DNA of 64,000 nt from a virus (Duplodnaviria; Caudoviricetes). Position numbers and translations under genes: made by a program. Under the pieces are notes generated by a model. That model made no database searches, was not told where the DNA came from, and worked only from the letters and a program-made list of their open reading frames with translations. This document shows, piece by piece, positions 43,956 to 51,640 of the stretch. The first letter of the stretch is position 1, and each line of letters begins with the position of its first letter. Where the stretch lies: positions 32,001 through 96,000 of the IMG/VR virus record IMGVR_UViG_3300028903_000001, one strand, 5' to 3'.

Positions 43956-44613
43956 TTATACGAATTCATCCCCAGTGCTGCTCAGTACAATCGGACTCTG
44001 GCTCGCCTTTCGGATCTGAGAGATCAATCCTCGCAGTTCTGGTTCGCCTAGCTCTGCTTTTACCACATGCTGAGCCTCCCTGACCCAGCTAAAGGAGTAG
44101 ACCGGCCTTGCCACGACTCCCGAGCCTGTCGCCGTCCCATCGTATCGCTTGTCCACGCCTATCGGAGGCAAGCCGTCGTCGAGAATGCATGCTTTGGGGA
44201 ACATGCCCATGGGCATCTTGAGCAGATCCGAGAGTTGAGACTCGAGCCCCATGGCGACGCTGGGACGCATCGCCCAGACATAGGGAGTGTTGACCCAGGA
44301 TAGAAGCACCATTTGGCCGGAACGCTTCACGCTAATCATTCTGCCCGCCTTAGTTCGGTTTACTGCCAGGGTCTTCGTTGCGGTACGGTACACCGATTGC
44401 TGGCGTGGCCCGCATATACACAACGAATAGCTTGTTCAGCGAGTCAATCATCACGGCTCGCTGCGTCTCTGTCATGTATCCGACAATCACTCCTAGTGCT
44501 GCTAGGCCCGCCATGTCTATGACGGAACCACGCCTGTCTTCAAACCTCCGTTTCGTTCGCTTGACGCTATAGCCGTGTCTCTTTAGGTACGCGATGAGTA
44601 GCTTGTCTAACAT
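43956..44613 (-). other. Two small hypothetical CDSs (about 43956..44339 and 44350..44613)
   Basis: Co-directional ORFs; GGAGG RBS before MLDKLLIAY. Confidence 0.45.
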
Positions 44614-44662
44614 GAATCCTCCATGTCCGCAAGATTTGGTCGCGGGGGGTAGGGGTCCAGGG

Positions 44663-44974
44663 TCAAATCTCGCGATCCGGCTCGTCACTCTCCTCGACAG
44701 CCTTCTGTACACCATGTATCGCGTGGATGCTAAGGTCGATTGTGGCCTTTTTGTAGCCGATCCGCTGCATCTGGGCCCGAATCTCCTCTATCTGCGCTGG
44801 TCCCAGTCTATGCCAGGGGAAAGAGACGAGATCTTCCGGCGCGCGAAGCAGGCGCGTCACCCGCAGCAGCGCGCTGCGCATGCTCGCCGCTCCGTTGCGG
44901 CTCAGTTTCCCGAGGTAGATTTCGACCTGGGACCGCTGGAGAGGTGACTTGACTCTGCGTCGTTTATCGGACAC
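44663..44974 (-). CDS. Stand-alone core-binding (SAM-like) domain of a tyrosine recombinase
   Basis: YLGKLS...ASMRSALLRVTRLL...SFPWHRL......IRAQM...GYKKATIDLSIHAIHGV matches N-terminal integrase domains; stops before any catalytic domain; AGGAG RBS, GTG start. Confidence 0.65.
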   Translation of the reverse strand: MSDKRRRVKSPLQRSQVEIYLGKLSRNGAASMRSALLRVTRLLRAPEDLVSFPWHRLGPAQIEEIRAQMQRIGYKKATIDLSIHAIHGVQKAVEESDEPDREI

Positions 44975-45024
44975 AATAACGTCTCCTAGCTATCTGTCCG
45001 ATAAGGGAGCATTATCGGACACAA
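44964..45024. promoter_or_regulatory. lox/res-like recombination or operator site
   Basis: Perfect palindrome TGTCCGATAA-GGGAGCA-TTATCGGACA (44995..45021) plus an extra half-site TTATCGGACACAA at 44964. Confidence 0.75.
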
Positions 45025-45043
45025 CCTCGTTTTGGAGTCTAGT

Positions 45044-46012
45044 ATGTCTAACACCTACATCGTAAAGCCTGACTCGAGCGCCGCGCTCGCGACCGACCTC
45101 GAGGATCTTGCGGACCAGGCCAAGGACTTCATCAAAGCTTCGAAGTCGAAAGCGACGCGCACAGCTTACAGGTCGGACTTCGATGCCTTCACCTCGTGGT
45201 GCCGGGAACACGTTCTGGTGTCGATCCCGGCGAGACCCGAGACAGTGGCGATGTACGCCGCACACATGGCCCGCGAGGGGCTCGGCGTGTCGAGTGTCCA
45301 GCGAGCCATGGCGGCGATATCGCAGGCGCACAGAATGGCCGGAATCGAGTCGCCAACCCAGGCATCCGTGGTGAGGGAAACCGTCCGTGGCATCCGGCGC
45401 AGCCTCGGCGTGAAGCCGAACAAGAAGGCCCCCGTCACGATCGACGAGCTTCGAAAGATGGTCGCGACTCGCCCACAGACCCTGCTCGGCCTGCGAGACC
45501 GCGCGCTGCTTCTGCTCGGCTTCAGCGGCGCGTTTCGCCGCTCCGAGCTTGCCGCGCTCGACCATGCCGACCTGGATTTTGTCGCCGAGGGCGTCGTCGT
45601 CACGGTGCGTCGCAGCAAAACCGATCAGGAAGGCGAGGGGCTCGAGAAGGCGATTCCCTACGCCATGGACCAGACCATGTGCCCGGTCCTTACGCTTCAG
45701 TCCTGGCTCGACGCGGCTGGAACGAGTGATGGTCCCGTGTTTCCGAGCATCGATCGCGGCGACAACCTGTCTGGACGCATGAGCGACAGGGCCGTGGCAA
45801 GGACCGTGCAGAGAGCCGCGAGGCGCGTCGGTCTGGACCCGTCCAGATTCGCGGGGCACAGCCTCCGAGCCGGGTTTGCCACATCGGCCATTCTCGCCGG
45901 GAAATCGGAGGCAGATACGATGCGGCAGACCGGGCATAGGAGTATTGCCGTTTTCAGGGGTTATGTTCGAGTCGCTAATCTGTGGAAGAGTAATGCGTCT
46001 AAACTGCTTTGA
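45044..46012 (+). CDS. Tyrosine recombinase, Cre/TnpS-like
   Basis: Full catalytic set: RDRALLLLGFSGAFRRSEL, RSKTDQ, GHSLRAG, QTGHRS, GYVR; GGAG RBS before ATG 45044. Confidence 0.95.
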   Translation: MSNTYIVKPDSSAALATDLEDLADQAKDFIKASKSKATRTAYRSDFDAFTSWCREHVLVSIPARPETVAMYAAHMAREGLGVSSVQRAMAAISQAHRMAGIESPTQASVVRETVRGIRRSLGVKPNKKAPVTIDELRKMVATRPQTLLGLRDRALLLLGFSGAFRRSELAALDHADLDFVAEGVVVTVRRSKTDQEGEGLEKAIPYAMDQTMCPVLTLQSWLDAAGTSDGPVFPSIDRGDNLSGRMSDRAVARTVQRAARRVGLDPSRFAGHSLRAGFATSAILAGKSEADTMRQTGHRSIAVFRGYVRVANLWKSNASKLL

Positions 46013-46057
46013 TGGGGCGCAGCTACCATACCACTGCCGCCGCCTGGGGGCTGGCCG

Positions 46058-46989
46058 GTCTCGACAAGCAAGATGTCGAGCTACTACTGCCACACGGGAT
46101 CCGTGTTTCCTAGTTGATCTGTCACTCATGGGTCTCGACAAGCAAGATGTCGAGCTACTACCGCTACACTCGTCAAGCAGTTGGGACCTTGAGTTGGAGT
46201 GGGAGTCTCGACAAGCAAGATGTCGAGCTACTACTGCTACACGCCAGATAGGCCTCAGCGCGATCGTCAAGACCAAGGTCTCGACAAACAAGATGTCGAG
46301 CTACTACCGCTACCGCTGATGCAGACAAGCGTTTGACTGCGGCAAAGGAGTCTCGACAAGCAAGATGTCGAGCTACTACCGCTACCGGCTCGTCGCTCCC
46401 AGGGCGCGGCGCAACCAGGCTTGACAGGTCACGGCTCGACCCTGGTCTCGACAAGCAAGATGTCGAGCTACTACCGCTACCGCGCCTCGGTGAGGTATTT
46501 GCGGGAGACGACGCCGGGTCTCGACAAGCAAGATGTCGAGCTACTACCGCTACGATGACGATGGGGCGCGTCGCCATCCGAGATTGCCGCATGTCTCGAC
46601 AAGCAAGATGTCGAGCTACTACCGCTACTTAGAGACGTCTTCGCCTCGGGCGACCCGGAGAACGTCTCGACAAGCAAGATGTCGAGCTACTACCGCTACG
46701 ACCGGGTTCGAATTTCGCATCGAGGGCACCTCTCTTGTCTCGACAAGCAAGATGTCGAGCTACTACCGCTACAGGACAAAAAGGGGCAACCGAAGCCGGC
46801 ACACCCGCCGTCTCGACAAGCAAGATGTCGAGCTACTACCGCTACGTCGGGCAGGACGATCAAGATCCCATCGACGCGATTGTCTCGACAAGCAAGATGT
46901 CGAGCTACTACCGCTACCATCCCGCTACCCACCTGGAAGGCGCTCGGCGAAATGTCTCGACAAGCAAGATGTCGAGCTACTACCGCTAC
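46058..46989 (-). CRISPR. CRISPR array 2: 13 repeats, 12 spacers
   Basis: 36-bp repeat GTAGCGGTAGTAGCTCGACATCTTGCTTGTCGAGAC (minus strand; 7-bp stem CTCGACA/TGTCGAG near the 3' end); spacers 35-39 bp except one of 59 bp; variant repeats cluster at the leader-distal (left) end. Confidence 0.98.
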
Positions 46990-47168
46990 GAGTCTGGCAG
47001 GACGCTCGCAATTTCGACGGGTTACAGCACGACTTGCGAGCGGTCCTCCAAGCCTACTGTCTCGGATCAATTTTCAACGACCAGGATCGGCGTAGTGCCG
47101 CAGATTCTACCTCATCTCTGAGGCTTTCGAGCGGTCCCAGCGGTTTCGGGACCACCCAGGCGCTCGCG
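46990..47168 (-). promoter_or_regulatory. CRISPR leader, copy 2 (179 bp)
   Basis: Identical to 48422..48600 except at 4 positions; contains GCGAGCG/CGCTCG inverted and direct motifs and TTGAAAAT. Confidence 0.9.
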
Positions 47169-47738
47169 AAGCTTCTCGTTCTCCTTTTCCAAACTCCTGA
47201 CCCTTGCCTTCAGTGTCTTGTTCTCAGCCCTAAGCTCCCTATTCTCCCTGGACAGTTTATCGAACAGGTTCTCCTTCTGGGGCTTGACCCTAACCTCGGG
47301 GACGTAGTGCTTTCGGACTATCGACGCTGCGCTCCACGAACTCGGCTCTTTACCATTCCTGACTCGAAACTCAATGAGTTCTGCCATGGCAGATCTTGTT
47401 GCCAGACCGTGTACGGATCTTGACGGAGCATCGGGAGGAATGATGAGCAACTTCTCTGCCGCAGGGATACCTATCTTACGAATGTTGTCAATGCCGCCAC
47501 ACAACTCGACACAAAGTTTGAATCTCGCAAACCTTGTTGGCTGGGCAAGGTCACTCACATGGAGCACCTCCACAAATGTGGCCCACCCATACCTACCACC
47601 TACACCACTCTTCCATGCCGATTCGTTCTTTTCGAACCTGACGAGACCAGCCATGAAGTCAACCCCGGCCTCGGAGTATGCGGTCCTTAGCGCCTCGCAC
47701 TCCTTTACGAGCGCATCAAATCTCTTCTTGGTCGCCAT
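47112..47738 (-). CDS. Unknown protein embedded between the two CRISPR arrays, C-terminal coiled coil
   Basis: 208 aa, GAGGTG RBS; RYGWATFVEVL motif, leucine-zipper LSRENRELRAENKTLKARVRSLEKENEKL; last 18 codons are supplied by the leader copy. Confidence 0.8.
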   Translation of the reverse strand: MATKKRFDALVKECEALRTAYSEAGVDFMAGLVRFEKNESAWKSGVGGRYGWATFVEVLHVSDLAQPTRFARFKLCVELCGGIDNIRKIGIPAAEKLLIIPPDAPSRSVHGLATRSAMAELIEFRVRNGKEPSSWSAASIVRKHYVPEVRVKPQKENLFDKLSRENRELRAENKTLKARVRSLEKENEKLRERLGGPETAGTARKPQR

Positions 47739-47756
47739 GTCTCACCTCACTGTTAT

Positions 47757-48421
47757 CTATCGACTACCTAGTGTCGAGCTACTACCGCTACAAAGTCGAA
47801 TTGCGCGGAGATATCGTCCGTCGCGTGTCTCGACAAGCAAGATGTCGAGCTACTACCGCTACATCTCGCGTCATCGGCTTGCTGGCTCGGCAGTTCCACG
47901 CGGTGCTCCGTCTCGACAAGCAAGATGTCGAGCTACTACCGCTACGGTCTCCATATAGACCGGCACGAAATACGAATCGATGTCTCGACAAGCAAGATGT
48001 CGAGCTACTACCGCTACCGAATTCGGTCGATATCGGTGCGATTCTTGGCTGGCGTCTCGACAAGCAAGATGTCGAGCTACTACCGCTACCCCCAAGCTCA
48101 CACCTGTTGCACAGACCGTGATGTTCGTCTCGACAAGCAAGATGTCGAGCTACTACCGCTACCTGGCGTCTCGACAAGCAAGATGTCGAGCTACTACCGC
48201 TACAATGGGACAGACGAGGGCGGCAGGACGATGCAGCGGTCTCGACAAGCAAGATGTCGAGCTACTACCGCTACGATCGGATCGCGGAGGCCCGCGTCGC
48301 TGAGTGGTTGGCCGTCTCGACAAGCAAGATGTCGAGCTACTACCGCTACTGCGCTGGCCCGTGCCGTTGCGCAGTTTGACGCGCTGTCTCGACAAGCAAG
48401 ATGTCGAGCTACTACCGCTAC
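47757..48421 (-). CRISPR. CRISPR array 1: 9 full repeats plus a degenerate terminal repeat, 9 spacers
   Basis: Same 36-bp repeat at 47827, 47910, 47982, 48054, 48127, 48168, 48239, 48314 and 48386; degenerate copy at 47757..47791; spacers 35-39 bp except 47 bp and 5 bp. Confidence 0.98.
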
Positions 48422-48600
48422 GGGTCTGGCAGGACGCTCGCAATTTCGACGGGTTACAGCACGACTTGCGAGCGGTCCTCCAAGCCCACTGTCTCGGATC
48501 AATTTTCAACGACCAGGATCGGCGTAGTGCCGCAGATTCGACCTCATCTCTGAGGCTTTCGAGCGGTCCCAGCGGTTTCGGAACCACCCAGGCGCTCGCG
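48422..48600 (-). promoter_or_regulatory. CRISPR leader, copy 1 (179 bp)
   Basis: Fills the whole gap between the cas12m stop and the first repeat; duplicated at 46990..47168. Confidence 0.9.
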
Positions 48601-48601
48601 T

Positions 48602-50596
48602 TTACTCAGCCGCGACGGCGAGCATCTTCTCCTGTCTCCTGATGATTTCCAACACTTCGTTTTGCTTCCCGTCATCGTTGAGCATGTTCAACAATCTAAC
48701 GTGGAATGTATCACGAGTCAGTCCGCAATGCGAGCAGGAAAACATATGCGCCTTCACATCTTTATTTCCCTTCTCGAGTCTGCCGCACCTGGGGCATCTC
48801 ACTGAGCTATTCTCGACACTGACCTTCTCATAGAACACTCCCCTACCTCTGGCGGCATTCTTGATGCATTCGCGAAAGATGCCTGGGGCCACGATCTGGA
48901 GATTGGACCTCGACTTTTGTCTCTGCCTCTTACCAATCTCGCCCTCGCTCTTCTCTTCCTCTTTCTCCTTCTCCACTATCTGCTTGAAGTTGGTGCCGTC
49001 CACAAGTATTCGGGAGTACGTCCTCGCCAATCTGGCCGCGACGTTTCGATACGCATTGTTTCTTCTGCGTTTCGCCGTTTCATGCATACCCCCCTCAAAA
49101 CGGTACAGATGCAGGTTCTGCTTCCTCCATGCCATCATTCTCTCGTAAATCTCTGCGTCACCCTCGAATCGATTCTTCTCCCACGTCGTGACTAGATTGG
49201 CAAGCCGCCTTGGAGCCCTCCACTTTTGCATGCGAGCTATCGCCTGCTTTGATGTCGGTGTTCCATCGACACTCTTATCCTCCTCGTCATCGATGTCTCT
49301 TGCCGTAGCATTTCGCATCCACGCTGGCAGCTTATCGATCATGCTGAGCCAAGAGACTAGCTCCTTCATCGCCTTGTTGAAGTTGTCGTCCCTGGTGCGT
49401 GAGATCTCTTCCTTCCTTCTGAAGCTGGCGAAGATTCCGCTCCTGCCGCCGTCGCTCTCCACGTTGTATGGGCTCTGCACGCATCCCTTCCCACACTCGA
49501 TCTTTTCAACGATCTTGTCTCGAGACAGATCAAACACTCCGGTCTCCCCGTCCTCCGAGAGCCAATGCGCGACCCTGATCTTGTTGCCTTCCACTGCCCG
49601 CCATCCCAGCACTACGGCAACCGTGCCCCCTGCGGGCAGTGGCGGCTTCTCCGATTGCTTGTCAAGCTCTACCGTGATCTCACAGGACCAGCGCAGGTCT
49701 GGACCCCGCCTTCGCCTGGTAACGGTTACCCAGGTGATTCTCGAATTCGGTGGCAGCGGCCTATGAAGTATCATCGGCCACTTGGCTACGATGTATTCGC
49801 TCTTTCCCCTGGCGGTCCCGGCGACTGCCATGGTCAGAGTAGTCCTTGCCGCACGCCTCCTGTCGCACCGTCTTTCCGAGGTGAGCGCAACCGTGTCAAC
49901 CGGATCGATGATAGCTCTATGGTCGTTGCTAAAAATGTCAAGAGGGATTTTGCCCTTGCCGCCCTGTATCTGCACCGACAAAGACCCCTCACCTTTCCAC
50001 CGTTTGAATTCAGGGTTGTTGTCCTCCCTCCCTTCGTACATGGGGACCTTGGAACTCTCAAAGAATGCCTTGTCCACAAGTAACTTCGTGCCCCAGAAAG
50101 CCGGGGAGTCGTGACTGGCCTGTCTCCTCATCCTCGCCGCGATACCGTTGTTCGGTGTCTTGTCCGAAAAAGCTTCGGCTCTTGTCTTTTTCTTGCCAGT
50201 GCTTTCCTTGCCATTGATCTCGAGCATGCGGGCCTTTAGCGCTGGCGTGGCCCTCAACTCCTTGATCCTAGCAATGAGTTTGGCGATCTTTTCATCAATC
50301 GCCTCAACCTTTTCCGCGAACTCTTTGCTGGACCTGTCCTTGTCCGACTTGCCCTTGTAGAGCTTAGCCTTTTCCACGCCCAGGTCTTTGATTTGACCCA
50401 ATAGCTCTCGGATGCCGTACTCGTCTTCCGCTGCCCGCTTCAGATCCCTGACCTTGCACTCCACGCTCACTAGCTCATTTCTGTACCTATGCGCGTGCCA
50501 CAACTGCTCTTCCACCACATCCGCGTTAAAAACCGGAGGCAAGAGCCCATATTTCATCACCAATGGCATCGTGTTCCCCTTTCTTCTCTGCGTCAT
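48602..50596 (-). CDS. cas12m: Cas12m-like (type V-M / V-U1) effector with degenerate RuvC active site
   Basis: EQLWHAHRYRNELVSVE, FWGTKLLV, FKRWKGEGSLSVQIQGG, HRPLP, GTVAVVLGWR, WRAPRRLANL, RRNNAYR, ILVDG, APGIFR and CPRC...CSHC align by eye with Cas12m family motifs; directly upstream of leader and array. Likely start is ATG 50569 (AAGGGG RBS). Confidence 0.85.
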   Translation of the reverse strand: MTQRRKGNTMPLVMKYGLLPPVFNADVVEEQLWHAHRYRNELVSVECKVRDLKRAAEDEYGIRELLGQIKDLGVEKAKLYKGKSDKDRSSKEFAEKVEAIDEKIAKLIARIKELRATPALKARMLEINGKESTGKKKTRAEAFSDKTPNNGIAARMRRQASHDSPAFWGTKLLVDKAFFESSKVPMYEGREDNNPEFKRWKGEGSLSVQIQGGKGKIPLDIFSNDHRAIIDPVDTVALTSERRCDRRRAARTTLTMAVAGTARGKSEYIVAKWPMILHRPLPPNSRITWVTVTRRRRGPDLRWSCEITVELDKQSEKPPLPAGGTVAVVLGWRAVEGNKIRVAHWLSEDGETGVFDLSRDKIVEKIECGKGCVQSPYNVESDGGRSGIFASFRRKEEISRTRDDNFNKAMKELVSWLSMIDKLPAWMRNATARDIDDEEDKSVDGTPTSKQAIARMQKWRAPRRLANLVTTWEKNRFEGDAEIYERMMAWRKQNLHLYRFEGGMHETAKRRRNNAYRNVAARLARTYSRILVDGTNFKQIVEKEKEEEKSEGEIGKRQRQKSRSNLQIVAPGIFRECIKNAARGRGVFYEKVSVENSSVRCPRCGRLEKGNKDVKAHMFSCSHCGLTRDTFHVRLLNMLNDDGKQNEVLEIIRRQEKMLAVAAE

Positions 50597-50950
50597 CTAC
50601 TGTCGAGCTACTACTGCTACCTCGAACAACTCTCCGACCGTCACTCCGGTCGTATAGCTCTCATACCTCTCACCAACCTCTGTGAGACTAGCAAGTCTGA
50701 TTCCTTTTGGCCACTCAATTGTTTCGAGCCGAAACGATTTCTCTACCCTCGCCCACTTGTACAGCGAGCCGTCGGGCCAGCTATACTGATGCCTGTACTC
50801 GATACCGTTTTGCTCCAGAGTGGACTCGACGAGACGCTCGGCTAGTGACAAAACGAAGTCAGCCCTCGCCTCTCTGCCCATTTCTTCGCGCCCAGCTATG
50901 TTGAACAGGCCACTGTAGCTAAAGCTCATCGAGTAGTATCTGTAACTCAT
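50597..50950 (-). CDS. Hypothetical protein; C-terminus (VAVVARQ) encoded by the half repeat
   Basis: 117 aa, ATGA overlap with the exonuclease gene. Confidence 0.55.
   Translation of the reverse strand: MSYRYYSMSFSYSGLFNIAGREEMGREARADFVLSLAERLVESTLEQNGIEYRHQYSWPDGSLYKWARVEKSFRLETIEWPKGIRLASLTEVGERYESYTTGVTVGELFEVAVVARQ
50601..50620 (-). repeat. Orphan half CRISPR repeat upstream of cas12m
   Basis: GTAGCAGTAGTAGCTCGACA equals the first 20 nt of the repeat (same one-base variant as the repeat at 46205). Confidence 0.9.
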
Positions 50951-51630
50951 GCCAGCCTCACGACACGGAACGGCAGCTTCGCCGCATCGTCAATCGCCAT
51001 CTTCCTGACCCAGCGCTTCTTGTCTCTCTCCCACCGGAAGCCCGCGTCCTTGGCAATGTCTCTGTCCTCGTAGGGAATCTTCGCTTCGAAAACAGCCTTG
51101 GGACGAAGACCTCGAGCGAGCAGTTCCGAGACGTCGTGGCCGAGTTCCGCGACCCTGGTCATGAGTCGCGCCAGCATGAAGCAGTCGCCCAGCGCACGGT
51201 GCGGATCGACGACTCCGATCCCGTGGTCGAGACAGAGCGAGACGAGGCTCGAGCCGGGCCTTTGCTCGAGTGGCCACGTCACGTCGCCACACGTATCGAT
51301 CCACGGCACCTTCGCCGGAAACGTGTCGGGCACCCATTGCCGATCGAAGTCGGCGTTGTGGGCCAGCACGGCTTCACAGCCACCCGCTCTGACGCCGACC
51401 TCGCCCCAGACATACTCCGCGTCCATTCCACTGCTCTGCCTGAGCAGACCCACCGGAATATGGTTGACGCGCTCCGCGTCATTGCCGTCGCTGTGGATGA
51501 GGCTCGAGAAAGCCTCGACCATCGCGCGGTGCCTAATCGAGTAGACGATGCAGCCAACCTCGATGCATTTTGCGCCCTGCGCCGGATCGAGGCCCGTCGT
51601 CTCCGTGTCGAGTATGCATACTAGGTCCAT
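50947..51630 (-). CDS. DEDDh 3'-5' exonuclease (DnaQ/epsilon-like)
   Basis: LDTETTG, AHNADFD and HRALGDC motifs; C-terminal AKDAGFRWERDKKRW; start ATG 51630 with GGAG RBS. Confidence 0.92.
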   Translation of the reverse strand: MDLVCILDTETTGLDPAQGAKCIEVGCIVYSIRHRAMVEAFSSLIHSDGNDAERVNHIPVGLLRQSSGMDAEYVWGEVGVRAGGCEAVLAHNADFDRQWVPDTFPAKVPWIDTCGDVTWPLEQRPGSSLVSLCLDHGIGVVDPHRALGDCFMLARLMTRVAELGHDVSELLARGLRPKAVFEAKIPYEDRDIAKDAGFRWERDKKRWVRKMAIDDAAKLPFRVVRLA

Positions 51631-51640
51631 GTCACTCCGA

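Noticed and set aside
48018-48053. Spacer translating to DIGAILGW, resembling the Cas12m VLGWR motif
   Set aside because: No nucleotide match to the cas12m gene; the Arg comes from the repeat; likely chance.
46846-48238. GGCAGGACG shared by two spacers and the leader
   Set aside because: Only 9-11 nt in GC-rich sequence; too short to claim self-targeting. I noticed no full spacer match within the window, but an exhaustive search was not possible by eye.
44990-48642. Many ORFs with repeated SRQARCRATTAT / VAVVARHLACRD / MSSYYRY peptides
   Set aside because: Translations of CRISPR repeats or antisense of the recombinase, not proteins.
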